Position numbers and translations under genes: made by a program. From positions 358,532 through 422,531 of the forward strand of contig RDOC01000001.1 of the NCBI GenBank assembly GCA_011364985.1: a stretch of DNA of 64,000 nt. Direction: 5' to 3'. The notes under the pieces are model-generated. The model worked only from the letters and a program-made list of their open reading frames with translations, ran no database searches and had not been told where the DNA came from. Positions 1 through 9,983 of this stretch are shown here, piece after piece. Position 1 is the stretch's first letter; each line of letters starts with the position of its first letter. Source of the DNA: Candidatus Thorarchaeota archaeon. GTDB lineage: Archaea > Asgardarchaeota > Thorarchaeia > Thorarchaeales > Thorarchaeaceae.

Positions 1-182
1 TTTTTGTATGCCTTCTTTACTTGTTTCCAGTGGTCGGCGCATAAGTAGGTTTTTCGTGAGCGTGCATCTTTCAGTTTCAACCCAGTTCTCGTAACACTTT
101 CTGCAATACGTACAGTGGCAAATGACCTCTTTGATTCGTTGTTGCAACCGGCAATGCTGCATATCTTATTTGACGACGACAA
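1..182 (-). CDS. Small conserved archaeal zinc-binding protein (C-x4-C ... C-x2-H), truncated by the window edge
   Basis: Not in the ORF track. Manual translation from TTG at 182, with GAGG upstream: MSSSNKICSIAGCNNESKRSF...KTYLCADHWKQVKKAYK. Confidence 0.7.
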   Translation of the reverse strand, partial: MSSSNKICSIAGCNNESKRSFATVRIAESVTRTGLKLKDARSRKTYLCADHWKQVKKAYK

Positions 183-252
183 ATTCCTCACTCATTGTCA
201 GCTCCGAAGAGCATCATTATAACTATGACGGCCAATCACATTGAACTGGATT

Positions 253-1233
253 TCATCGTGGAGTAAGGATGGGCCCCTGAGAATAGTCAAATATCATCTT
301 CTCCTCAGAACCAAGACGTAGTTTCAGCTCTTTGGTGTCATTTACCTCTCCTATTTCAGACACGGTGACGCCGTGAGCTTTGGCTATTTCATGCACCTGT
401 CCTAGATGTGCTTTCGCGGTCGAAACAAGAAATCCCAGAGATATGAACATTCTAAGCCAGTCCCTCATTGGAACATCATCCGGTCTATCCTTATCGACGG
501 CATCCAAGGATATTATACCACCCTTCTCGGAGTACTCAAGAAGCATACCAGCAGTACCAATGATGCCAGCTACCGACACGTCCTTTGCGGCACTCAACAA
601 CTGGTTTGCTGCTAGATCATTCATTACGGAAAGACGCTCCATGAGCGTTGTGGATTCTCGTCCAGTGACGGAATCCCACCCTAAGTTGTAGCTTGATCCT
701 CTTTGGCCCGTTTTGTCAAAGAGGAGCACAAGAAGATCGCCAGTCTGTGCGCCTCCTGCAGTCAGCATATTAGTCCTCTGGACAGTCCCTGTGGCTGATC
801 CAACGACAAAAGTTGATGTCGCTATGGGATTAGTATGGCCTCGTACTATTGGTACCTGAAATGCGTGTGAGCCATCGATGAGCCCTTGAAGTAGATGTTC
901 TCCGATGTCTTTGTCTGAGTAAGAGAGAGCAACAGCAAATGATGTGGGAACTCCTCCAGCTGCATAGATGTCCATTACATTTGCCAGAACTGCATTGAAA
1001 CCAGCTGCTTGAGGATGTTCAAGGCAGAGCTCCTCGACAATGGCATCAGTCGTTAGGAGAATTACTTCGTTGCTCTCAGTCCCAATTGCTGCGGAGTCTT
1101 CGCCCAGTCCATGTGCATGATCTCCATGAAATGACTCAAGGCGAAGGCGCCTAATTATTGAAGGAAGTACATATTTCCTACTTATGCCATCAAAATCAAG
1201 AAGTCTGGCCACGATATCCTCCAGGCGGCTCAA
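253..1233 (-). CDS. AIR synthase-like (PurM/ThiL/SelD fold) protein, methanogenesis marker 2-like
   Basis: GEDSAAI, N-x-x-D-I-x-A-x-GG, RGHT and AAKDVS-x-AG motifs; N-terminal FDGISRK. Confidence 0.75.
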   Translation of the reverse strand: MSRLEDIVARLLDFDGISRKYVLPSIIRRLRLESFHGDHAHGLGEDSAAIGTESNEVILLTTDAIVEELCLEHPQAAGFNAVLANVMDIYAAGGVPTSFAVALSYSDKDIGEHLLQGLIDGSHAFQVPIVRGHTNPIATSTFVVGSATGTVQRTNMLTAGGAQTGDLLVLLFDKTGQRGSSYNLGWDSVTGRESTTLMERLSVMNDLAANQLLSAAKDVSVAGIIGTAGMLLEYSEKGGIISLDAVDKDRPDDVPMRDWLRMFISLGFLVSTAKAHLGQVHEIAKAHGVTVSEIGEVNDTKELKLRLGSEEKMIFDYSQGPILTPR

Positions 1234-1756
1234 GAGCAGTCACCAGGCATATTTATGGAATCTACGGAGGAGATAGAAAAGCTAAAACATAGGCGGTCTG
1301 GCCAAGGATTATTCCTATGCCTAGCAACGTTAAGCCAACCATCAAATAGATGAGAGCCCTCATTTCAGGACAGATTTCTTCGAACAACTTTGCTCACCTA
1401 AGATAGTATGGCGTGACCTATGTGATGCTTATAGGCATTGTGCAATAAAGCACTCTCACAAAGCAATCAGCCAGATGACGATAAATGGTCGTTAGGATTC
1501 TAAGCCTAGTAAAAGATGTGTTTGCAGTCCCTAAATCTGATGATCTTTGTGCGGATGATAAGCCTTCGAAGAGTCCACCATACTGAGAACATGAACTAAT
1601 TCCTTTGACTCCTGTCTGATAAATATCCAGCTTTGTTTGGATTCTGTGTTACAGCTGTCAATCCCAAGAACATGCCCGACTGACGGACACCATAAAGAAG
1701 CCAATGTTATCATCACTGCTCAGCAGCTGAACATGATGGTAGATGCCTAAATGAGG

Positions 1757-3577
1757 TCATCCGGAATATGACCACTTGGGAAGCCAAATCAAGAGTTCGA
1801 TACCTTGGCTTTGATGGTTTGGTATCCTGTCACGTACGAGAATTCGCCCCCCATATTTGCGAATGATACTTATCGCCTGATGGACTCCAACGCCTCCAAA
1901 GCGTCTCTCTGGGTCAAAGAGAGACTCCTTTTCAGACTCGGTCAGACCTGGACCATTATCGCTTATCGATATTTCATACCCTCTCTCTATCTCGTTCACG
2001 GTGACCCAGATACACCTGACCTTCTTATTATTGTGCACAACAGCATTTTCCAAGATATTCATGAGCAGATGTTCAAGGTATCTGTCTGCATAGACTAATG
2101 GTTTCTGCACTTGTATGCCCAGCTCGACCTTGACATCACCATAAGTCGCACATAATTCTATCAGACACTCGTTCAGAACTACATCCAGCGGTCTTATGAA
2201 GAAGGGTGCTGTTAGTAGACCACGGGTGGATTGCATTTTCCTGATAATCGACTGTGAGATGTCTACTGACTCAAGGATGAGTTCAAACATTGGGTCAACA
2301 TCAGCTCCGATGTCCATGTGCTTCATAATCTCTGTGGCCATGACAATTGCCTGTAGATGATTACGTAGGTCGTGGCCCATGAGATCCAAATACAGCTCGG
2401 CTGTGTCTGCCGCAGCCCTAAGATCATGTTCTGCCCTCTTTCTCTTTGTGATGTCTGTAATAGCAACAATTACTCGGGAGAGATCTATTTTGCCATTGAT
2501 GGCATATGACCTCCAATGTACAATGACTTGAATAGGATTACCTTTGAGCGTCTTTGTTGTGGTTTCGAACTCGATTCCGTATGTCTTGCCTTCCCAGATA
2601 GCAAGAAGCTCCTGTTTGAAGTACTCAGGAGAAACTTCAATGAGAACCTCGTTCAGGCGGCTCAATAGAGCTTCTCTGGTGTCAACCTCATATATCTCCA
2701 GAGTTGCATCGTTTACATCAATAACTTCTACAAGGGAGATCACTTCAAGGATTGCCTCCGGATTGTCATCAAAGTACTTTACTAGGTCAGACACACCACT
2801 GGCTCGGAGCTTATCTAGCCATTCACTTGCTGCTCTAAAATCCTCTATCCAGATCGAAACCGGGCTGTATTTGAACAGGGCTTTGTATCTAGCTTCCGAT
2901 TGTCGCATTGCCTCCTCTGTCCTCTTCTGGTCTGTGACATCGCGAATTGTTGCTAGATTGATCTTCTTACCTTCAAGTTCTACTAGGTCCTCATTAAGCA
3001 GGGCATGGTACGTCGTTCCGTTCTTTCTTCTGAGCTCCACCTCGAAATCCCGAAGCCTTCCAGTTTCATGTACCTTGGCCAGAACTCTATTACGATCTTC
3101 TTCATATACGTACAAGGCTGGAGCTTTCACACTCTCCAATTCATTCCGTGAGTAATCAGATATCTTTTCCATCCATTCATTTGCTGCGATGAAGTTACCA
3201 TCAATGTCTGTAAGGACTATTGCTATTGGAGCTGTTTCAAACAGCATTCTATACCTACTCTCGCTATCTCTAAGTGCTTCCTCAGAGTCTTTGATCGCAT
3301 GAAACAATGGTGCAATCGAATCCATACCAATCAACATAAGCACGGATATGCACAAGGCAATCAGCTCGGCCGCCAAGTCAGGTGGCAGCGTGAGGTCTCC
3401 TGAAATCAGTCGATACAGAGTGACAGCACGCCTAAAAGCCATCAAGAGAATAGCTGCTGCAATTAAAGTGAATGAACGTCGGTTTCCGGTTATCAGGGTC
3501 AATCTAAAGGCCAAGACTGCTGATGCAATTTGAAACATGACTGATGTTATGAGAACAAATCTAACAATCAAGTTCAC
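1757..3577 (-). CDS. Membrane-anchored PAS-domain sensor histidine kinase
   Basis: N-terminal TM helices, two PAS/PAC domains, H-box GHDLRNHLQ, N-box NILENAVVH, G1 DNGPG. Confidence 0.92.
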   Translation of the reverse strand: MNLIVRFVLITSVMFQIASAVLAFRLTLITGNRRSFTLIAAAILLMAFRRAVTLYRLISGDLTLPPDLAAELIALCISVLMLIGMDSIAPLFHAIKDSEEALRDSESRYRMLFETAPIAIVLTDIDGNFIAANEWMEKISDYSRNELESVKAPALYVYEEDRNRVLAKVHETGRLRDFEVELRRKNGTTYHALLNEDLVELEGKKINLATIRDVTDQKRTEEAMRQSEARYKALFKYSPVSIWIEDFRAASEWLDKLRASGVSDLVKYFDDNPEAILEVISLVEVIDVNDATLEIYEVDTREALLSRLNEVLIEVSPEYFKQELLAIWEGKTYGIEFETTTKTLKGNPIQVIVHWRSYAINGKIDLSRVIVAITDITKRKRAEHDLRAAADTAELYLDLMGHDLRNHLQAIVMATEIMKHMDIGADVDPMFELILESVDISQSIIRKMQSTRGLLTAPFFIRPLDVVLNECLIELCATYGDVKVELGIQVQKPLVYADRYLEHLLMNILENAVVHNNKKVRCIWVTVNEIERGYEISISDNGPGLTESEKESLFDPERRFGGVGVHQAISIIRKYGGRILVRDRIPNHQSQGIELLIWLPKWSYSG

Positions 3578-3993
3578 AGCCCCCCGTTCCTAGTGTAATG
3601 TCTCTGTAACACAAGATGATCAAACCATGAATCGGTAAGTGTACCTCGTGTCACGACTGACTTCTCGGTGCTGATGATTGTACCAAGGAGAGAATGTTCT
3701 CGTTTTGTGTTTGCTTTTGTGATATCCACTTTCTCAGGATTCAACTCCTGCAAGTTGGATGATGTACCATAGATGGCAGTTCTCCTTCCATTATCCTTGT
3801 CAAGTACAGACCACACCAGCCTGTGTCCAATTTCTCTTACATCAATTTCGTATATCTCTGCCAAAAGCTCGAAATCATCTATTGTGCTTATTAGTGCCCT
3901 ATTATAGACGCTAAGTGACTTGAGTGTCCGAGTTTCTCTTAGAGGAAATATATTCGATTCATTGCAAACTCTCATGTGTGAGGAATTCATCAC
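3574..3993 (-). CDS. Hypothetical protein, overlaps the kinase start
   Basis: 139-aa ORF with a 4-nt overlap with the kinase; no recognisable motif. Confidence 0.35.
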   Translation of the reverse strand: MMNSSHMRVCNESNIFPLRETRTLKSLSVYNRALISTIDDFELLAEIYEIDVREIGHRLVWSVLDKDNGRRTAIYGTSSNLQELNPEKVDITKANTKREHSLLGTIISTEKSVVTRGTLTDSWFDHLVLQRHYTRNGGL

Positions 3994-4419
3994 ATCGCCC
4001 CGACTTCGAACGGCTGTTTGGTAGACATGGAAATCGATAGACCACAGTCAATAGACACTCCTTGTGGTAGATTTCGAGTCCTTCAAGGCTGGCGGAGGCC
4101 TTCTAAGGTGCAGTCATTCGCATGACTCCTGTCTATGCTATCTTTCGTTATGAGAGCCTAACATCCCTATCATTTTATGCCGCTAGATGGATTATATGAT
4201 TTGTTGGTAGATTCCCCCCATTCTTGATGCAGTCATAGCTTCAATATAGGAAGAAGTCCATAGATGCATTGAGGTTGCTTCTTGAGTGACGAATCCCCTT
4301 CCAATCAGATGAGCCTTTCACAGTAATCTACTGCAATCGACAGATCAGTCAGCAACAACTCCTCACCAAGAGACGATTCTAGTCTCTTTCTTGGTTGTGG
4401 GCTTGTGCCAGTCAAGTAC

Positions 4420-4736
4420 TCAACCTTCAAGTTCTCTTACGAATTTCTTGAAAACACCTTTGTCCATATCGAACTCATCATCACCGAATTCTCTGGCAAC
4501 TTAGATTTGGAGGCTAGTCTTGTTGACATGCTCTTACATTTGCTGTTTTCATCGATTTTCCTTGCAGTACAGAGCCCAAACTTGCACCAAGGTCCATCGC
4601 ATGCATCGTCAATCCAACTACACCAAACTAATTTCCTATTTCCTTTGCGCTTGACTAGATATGCAGAATGATTCTGGTAACATCTGAACTTGTCACAAGA
4701 AGAGATGCACTCTCGGATGGCCGTGGACATTTCCAA
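4420..4736 (-). CDS. Cys-rich conserved archaeal protein; possible 1-nt frameshift near 4501
   Basis: C-x3-C-x-K-F-R-C and WCSWIDDACDGPWC..C pattern; an alternative frame after 4501 gives a more protein-like tail VAREFGDDEFDMDKGVFKKFVRELEG*. Confidence 0.65.
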
Positions 4737-4763
4737 TCACTCCATTCTCATTGTATAGACCAA

Positions 4764-5564
4764 CTATCGTTCTTTTGCTAGTTGTATAGTTTCATCCAGT
4801 ATCCTTTCACTGATGTTAAGAATTCTTATTGCACGATTATTCTGTGCCACTGCCCTCTCGTAGGCAGAGGTGGAAATGTCGCCAATCTTGTGCTCTATAT
4901 CAAGCCGACTTCGCTTCTTCAGAAGGACTCTTCGTAATCTGTCTATTGCCTTCATCCATCGACCAGCGTCCTTAATTGCGCCCTTCAGCTCTTTCTCAAG
5001 TGCTTTGATCTCGACGTGCATCTCTGAACGCTGTTCTTTAACGACAGAGGGGTCCGGTGTGCTCTGCGCATTCTCAAGTTTCTTCAGTTTGGACTTGAGA
5101 TTGCCAAGGTTACGGACAATGACCTCCAAGGAAAGTTTAGCATCAAAGCTCGTTAGTTCCTCTCGTCTCTTCTTAGTGTCATCAAATGCTCTTCTAAGCT
5201 TGCTTGCACGAGAAGTAAGAAGCGATTTGTCAGCTTCCTTGAGTTGTAGAGCCTGACGTGTTGCACCGATTTGCTCAATGAGTTGGTCCAACTCCTCACC
5301 AATGATCTCCAGTTCAGCACGTGAAAGAAGACAGGCAGATGCCAATGAGTCCATGCCGTCAATTGTGAGTGTGAAGCGAGGAATATGTCCCATCATTGCA
5401 CTGTGGTCAGACTGAGGTCTTGGAACATTAGACTTCGATTCCATGGTGGGATCTGCTTGTGCTTGTGACAGAGAAAATCCGCAGAAATTGCAGAATTGTC
5501 CCATAGGTACTTCATTGCCACAAGATGGACATACAATCAATCGGTCAGGCATGAGACACCTCAA
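4764..5564 (-). CDS. Zinc-ribbon plus long coiled-coil protein, CdvA-like C-terminus
   Basis: CPSC...CNFC ribbon, heptad-rich helices, RLDIEHKIGDISTSAYE motif. Confidence 0.6.
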   Translation of the reverse strand: MRCLMPDRLIVCPSCGNEVPMGQFCNFCGFSLSQAQADPTMESKSNVPRPQSDHSAMMGHIPRFTLTIDGMDSLASACLLSRAELEIIGEELDQLIEQIGATRQALQLKEADKSLLTSRASKLRRAFDDTKKRREELTSFDAKLSLEVIVRNLGNLKSKLKKLENAQSTPDPSVVKEQRSEMHVEIKALEKELKGAIKDAGRWMKAIDRLRRVLLKKRSRLDIEHKIGDISTSAYERAVAQNNRAIRILNISERILDETIQLAKER

Positions 5565-5626
5565 CCTTAGATAACAATTCGATGTAAACCTGTACAGATA
5601 TTACTCATGCAAGGCTTCCACGAAGC

Positions 5627-5944
5627 TTAGGTAAGAGAACCTAAACGCGCTGCTGCAGTATCAAGTTTCCCCTTTGTATTTACTATTGTGTCTGCGCCAT
5701 AGGTAGGAAGCACCTTCAGTTCTTCAATTAGGAGCGCCGTCGCTCGTGGAGCATCTATCTCCTTTTTATCGAGAGACCCATCAGGAAAAGTTAAGGACGC
5801 TTCCACCCATTTCTGTTTGGTATCATCGGCTGGAAACAGGCAGTAAATATAGTCATCATTGCTGCAGATGAAGGAGGGAGTATTCTCCCAAGCCTGGGCC
5901 AACAATGCACCGAAGGTCTTTGCATTTTCTGCTTTGTCTGTCAT
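5627..5944 (-). CDS. Hypothetical protein
   Basis: 105-aa ATG ORF with protein-like composition, co-oriented with its neighbours. Confidence 0.7.
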   Translation of the reverse strand: MTDKAENAKTFGALLAQAWENTPSFICSNDDYIYCLFPADDTKQKWVEASLTFPDGSLDKKEIDAPRATALLIEELKVLPTYGADTIVNTKGKLDTAAARLGSLT

Positions 5945-6022
5945 TAAGAAACCACCCTCGTGGGCTCGATGAAACTGTGAAATCGAGAGCGCAGGTCCTT
6001 ATTTGTATTTCTCATGTAAGAC

Positions 6023-6589
6023 CTATGGTCGATGCCAGACAAAGCTATAGTAGGCTATTTGCCCATTATCCTTCACTGTTGCAATGATGAACTTCTTACG
6101 TACGCTGGTCGCCAACCGGCCTGCGCGAACAATATCAAGTGGGGCAACCCCCTTCTTTTGGGCTATGACATGAACTAGAAAGGGGGCATGATCCAGCCCA
6201 GGACCACGTTCATAGACTGCAAAATCGGTTCCGAATTTTAGCCCTGGTCGTACAACATATCCAAGATCTCTCAATTCGGAGTAGACATAGAATTGATCTT
6301 GGAAGGATCTGGATACACCCATACCCAGTTTGACAATATCTTTCACTGAAAGAGCGGCATTTCTAGAGGAGTCATTCACTCTGATTCTTTTCTTCTCCGT
6401 GAGATACGCACATTCAAGCAAGGACAATTCAAGGGGCTTATCGAAATCGGCAGACTTCGGTTTTCTTATTCCGACAGGCTGGCCGAAATAGCCATTTGCA
6501 TAGAGACACATAGCACCTTCGTTATTCCATACAACAGCTCTATCGCCTACAAACTCAGCAGTTATGGGATTCTCTAACAATGATTCCAC
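6023..6589 (-). CDS. endA: tRNA-intron endonuclease catalytic subunit
   Basis: LELSLLE, RPGLKFGTDFAVY, DHAP, GRLATSVRK (Tyr/His/Lys triad). Confidence 0.95.
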   Translation of the reverse strand: MESLLENPITAEFVGDRAVVWNNEGAMCLYANGYFGQPVGIRKPKSADFDKPLELSLLECAYLTEKKRIRVNDSSRNAALSVKDIVKLGMGVSRSFQDQFYVYSELRDLGYVVRPGLKFGTDFAVYERGPGLDHAPFLVHVIAQKKGVAPLDIVRAGRLATSVRKKFIIATVKDNGQIAYYSFVWHRP

Positions 6590-6595
6590 CGATAG

Positions 6596-7258
6596 TCAAG
6601 TGTTCAACGTTAGTGACAGAGCCCTAATTACATTTGCGGCGTCCTCGCTGAAGTTGGAGAGTTCTTCCATCATATTGATGAAATCGCGGAATCGAAGAAG
6701 TGTTGAAAACTTGATATCAAGGGCATAAAGTATCGAAACAATGTCTCTCTGAATAGTATCGATTTGCTTCTCCAACCTACAAATCGCGTCTGCCTTTTTC
6801 ATGGATTCCTCAATATTCAAACTGAGGAATCTGACTGCCTCTCTCTGTTCTGTGATTTGATCGCTGAAGAGCTCAAAGAATCTATTGAGTTTCTCCTTTA
6901 TCTCGCCATCAGGAGTCCAAGAAGGAGTTACTGCAGCGAGGTGGTAGAGGGCTATTTCAGCACCATCAAGTAGCTTGTCGTTGTAGTTTACAAGTCTAAG
7001 AAGATCTTCCCTCTGCATCAAGGAATTGGCCTTTGATAGTTCATTCAGAATGGCTTGCTTGAGTTCATCGGCCTTCTCTTCAAGCTGAGTAATCTTCTCC
7101 AAGCTCTCCGGGGCGACATTCTTGCCATCCTGAAGCCAGTCGATTATTGCACTTCGTACCATTTTGTTAGCCGAGAGGGCTGAACGCATATGATCTTCAA
7201 TCATTTTTGTAATATTGCCAAGTTCAGAACTCATGTATCTATCATTATCGAGAACCAT
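6596..7258 (-). CDS. PhoU-like DUF47 family protein
   Basis: LEEKADELK, REDLLRL, LEKQID and SEDAA repeats; start trimmed to avoid overlap with uppP. Confidence 0.85.
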   Translation of the reverse strand: MVLDNDRYMSSELGNITKMIEDHMRSALSANKMVRSAIIDWLQDGKNVAPESLEKITQLEEKADELKQAILNELSKANSLMQREDLLRLVNYNDKLLDGAEIALYHLAAVTPSWTPDGEIKEKLNRFFELFSDQITEQREAVRFLSLNIEESMKKADAICRLEKQIDTIQRDIVSILYALDIKFSTLLRFRDFINMMEELSNFSEDAANVIRALSLTLNT

Positions 7259-7348
7259 TCCTGCGCACTCCATCATTGGAATAGGTGTTTCGCCTCGTGT
7301 TAGCCTTTTTATGTCTTCGGTACTCAACCGAGTTGAGCGAAATCCACC

Positions 7349-8143
7349 ATGGAACCTTGGCATATCATCGTCGCACTGATTCAGGGACTTATCGAATGGC
7401 TTCCAATTAGTAGCGAGGGCCATGTTGTCCTCTTTGTCTACAATGTTGGTGCCCTGCCTCAACAGGAGATAGTCACTCTAGTGGTATGGCTTCATCTTGG
7501 AACAGCGCTGGCTGTTGTCGCAAGGTATCCAAGAACAGCTTATGAATTGATTACTCTTCGAGACTGGCAACTGCTCAGGTGGTTGATTATTGCGACTATG
7601 GCCACTGCAATCACGGCGATTCCATTCTACATCTATCTCAAGGCAACGCTGACAGCAGCTCAAGGTGAATTTCTGAATGCTGTTGTTGGAGTACTACTTC
7701 TATTGACGGCAATCGTGCTGTACTTGCCAACAAGAAAGGATGCAAATCCTTCAGGACTTACTACTGAAAATCCCGATAATCGTATTTCGTTGATTACTGG
7801 GCTGATTCAGGGGGTGTCCGTACTACCAGGTCTAAGTAGATCGGGAGTCACTGTGTCGGCGCTACTGATGCAGAAGGTTGACAAGGAAAAGGCGCTTCAA
7901 TTCAGCTTTCTCATGAGCGTTCCGGCTGTCCTTGGCATATTCGCAGTAGAGATACTATGGGGAGGTGCCGCACTGCCTTCAGTAGGAGCAATAGACCTGA
8001 TTCTGATGGAAGTTGTTGTTTTCATAGCAGGACTTGGGTCCATGGAGTTCCTTCTAAGGCTAGCACGAAGAGTTGCGTTCTGGAAGCTCTGTTTGACCCT
8101 TGGTCTGATTGCAATTGCCTTTGGCCTACCTGCATTGCTTTAG
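7349..8143 (+). CDS. uppP: Undecaprenyl-diphosphate phosphatase (BacA/UppP)
   Basis: QGLIEWLPISSEGH and PGLSRSG signatures; multi-TM. Confidence 0.93.
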   Translation: MEPWHIIVALIQGLIEWLPISSEGHVVLFVYNVGALPQQEIVTLVVWLHLGTALAVVARYPRTAYELITLRDWQLLRWLIIATMATAITAIPFYIYLKATLTAAQGEFLNAVVGVLLLLTAIVLYLPTRKDANPSGLTTENPDNRISLITGLIQGVSVLPGLSRSGVTVSALLMQKVDKEKALQFSFLMSVPAVLGIFAVEILWGGAALPSVGAIDLILMEVVVFIAGLGSMEFLLRLARRVAFWKLCLTLGLIAIAFGLPALL

Positions 8144-8866
8144 CTATTCTAATCGTTTCTGGAACATCATCGCAATTGGAGCATTGGCCTGTCTCCATTC
8201 AGCAAGCTTTCCTTCGTAGTTCAGTGGAACTGGATGACGCCCATGATTTCCAATTACTATGAAGATAGTGCCAGCATGTGCCTGCTTAAGGAGGACCTTG
8301 ACCCAGTTGTCAGTTCTTCTTACTATCTTTTCAAGGAGAGTCTTTGGTGGAGTCCTATGACCGTACTGAGCATACAGACTCTCAAAGTCAAGAAAGTGCA
8401 TGTAGAGGAATTCTGCGCGAGCGACATGTTTAGTTGCCTCGACGTAGGTTTGCATATCGTCACGTCTGTTGACAGTGTAGGCGGGATCAAAACCGAAAGT
8501 CAGCATATCGTCCTCCCTGCATATGACCTGAACGGCCTTTCCAAAACCTCGTGTATACTCAACGAGATGAAATGATTGAGATGGTCCACGCAATATCTTG
8601 GAAACAAGAGGTATTGCATAGGGGTCGTCAGTTTCAATCAGCGCAAGAGCTTCCATGTTTTTGATCAATGCCTCTGGCTTGTAAACGACAGCCTCGAATA
8701 GACCGAAGTTGTCAATCACGATAACAATCAATCTACCGGACTTGAACTTGGCTAGAATCTCGGCGTTCGCAGGCGGCATTTCTTCTGGAATTTCCATTCC
8801 CATTAGATTCAGAATTGTTGAGGGAAATTCGGCGGCTGAAGTTCTAACCTGCGGAAACGACACCAA
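8144..8866 (-). CDS. Divergent alkaline-phosphatase-superfamily-like protein
   Basis: VIVIDNFG, LDFESL...GH and VIGNHG resemble the AP-superfamily metal motifs (DxxG, DxxGH, xDHG). Confidence 0.55.
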   Translation of the reverse strand: MVSFPQVRTSAAEFPSTILNLMGMEIPEEMPPANAEILAKFKSGRLIVIVIDNFGLFEAVVYKPEALIKNMEALALIETDDPYAIPLVSKILRGPSQSFHLVEYTRGFGKAVQVICREDDMLTFGFDPAYTVNRRDDMQTYVEATKHVARAEFLYMHFLDFESLYAQYGHRTPPKTLLEKIVRRTDNWVKVLLKQAHAGTIFIVIGNHGRHPVPLNYEGKLAEWRQANAPIAMMFQKRLE

Positions 8867-9029
8867 GAGACCTCACAGAGCAACTATGAATCCTTTCATT
8901 TATTGGATTTCTGTATCTACATAAAAGCCGGAGATTTTTGTGCTTATACTTATCCCTGATGCCCTCAACTAATGGTATCTGATGGAAGCATTAATAGACA
9001 TAGAAACGCAGTGCGCTTGTGGACGTGCC

Positions 9030-9983
9030 ATGACAATAAAGAACATTGTGTATAATCAAAGTATCAAATTTATTCTCTCCGGCGGAAAAGGAGGAGTAGG
9101 CAAAACCAGCGCTGCAGGAGCAATGGCCGTCCTTTCTGCTAAGAGCGGACTAAGAACTCTTGTATTGTCGACCGATCCAGCGCACAGTCTTAGTGATAGC
9201 TTCAAGCAAGACCTCTCAGGAGGAGAGATTATACCTGTGGAGGGCATAGACAATCTGTGGGGCATGGAGATCAGCTCTGAGAAAGGTATGCAGGATTTTC
9301 AAAACGCCATGGATGGAGGAGGGACGGAGATGGAGATGGCGTCCCAACTTCTTGGAAGCATAGGAGATATGACTCCTCCAGGATCAGATGAGGCGATGGC
9401 CTTTGGGAAGATCTTGGAATTTCTTGATGATATGTCATATGACAGAGTCATTTTCGATACAGCGCCCACCGGTCATACACTTAAGCTACTTGAACTTCCC
9501 GAGCTATTGGACAGCTGGCTTGGAAAAGTCATAACAATGAGACAACGACTCAGTTCAACCCTTGCAGGAATTAGAGCCATGTTGGGCGGGCGAGAACAAG
9601 AAGAAACGGCATGGGAAATGCTTCAGCAAACAAAGGAGAAGATAAAGTCAGCAAAGCTGGAGCTACAAGACCAAGAGAAGACCCAATTTGTTATTGTGAT
9701 GATACCGGAAGCAATGGCGGTCTTCGAAACCCAGCGGCTCTTGTCCAGTCTTAATACATGGAATATCCCAATGAATAACATAGTCGTCAATCAGCTGATC
9801 CCTGAGAATCCGGGCTGCGAATTTTGCAGCTCAAGAAGACAAATGCAGCAGAGGAACTTAGTAGACATCCGCGACCTCTATCAAGATATAGACATCGTAG
9901 AAGTGCCACTTCTTAACACAGAAATAGTGGGGATTGATAGTTTGGAGAATCTTGGCAGAATACTAATCGGGGAGGATCAATGA
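9030..9983 (+). CDS. get3: Get3/TRC40-like (single-domain ArsA family) ATPase
   Basis: GGKGGVGKT, STDPAH, DTAPTGHT and CEFC motifs; Met-rich substrate groove region. Confidence 0.88.
   Translation: MTIKNIVYNQSIKFILSGGKGGVGKTSAAGAMAVLSAKSGLRTLVLSTDPAHSLSDSFKQDLSGGEIIPVEGIDNLWGMEISSEKGMQDFQNAMDGGGTEMEMASQLLGSIGDMTPPGSDEAMAFGKILEFLDDMSYDRVIFDTAPTGHTLKLLELPELLDSWLGKVITMRQRLSSTLAGIRAMLGGREQEETAWEMLQQTKEKIKSAKLELQDQEKTQFVIVMIPEAMAVFETQRLLSSLNTWNIPMNNIVVNQLIPENPGCEFCSSRRQMQQRNLVDIRDLYQDIDIVEVPLLNTEIVGIDSLENLGRILIGEDQ

Noticed and set aside
1539-1586. C/D box sRNA (TGATGA...CTGA)
   Set aside because: Internal D'/C' boxes are poor and the guide lengths (8 and 21 nt) are atypical
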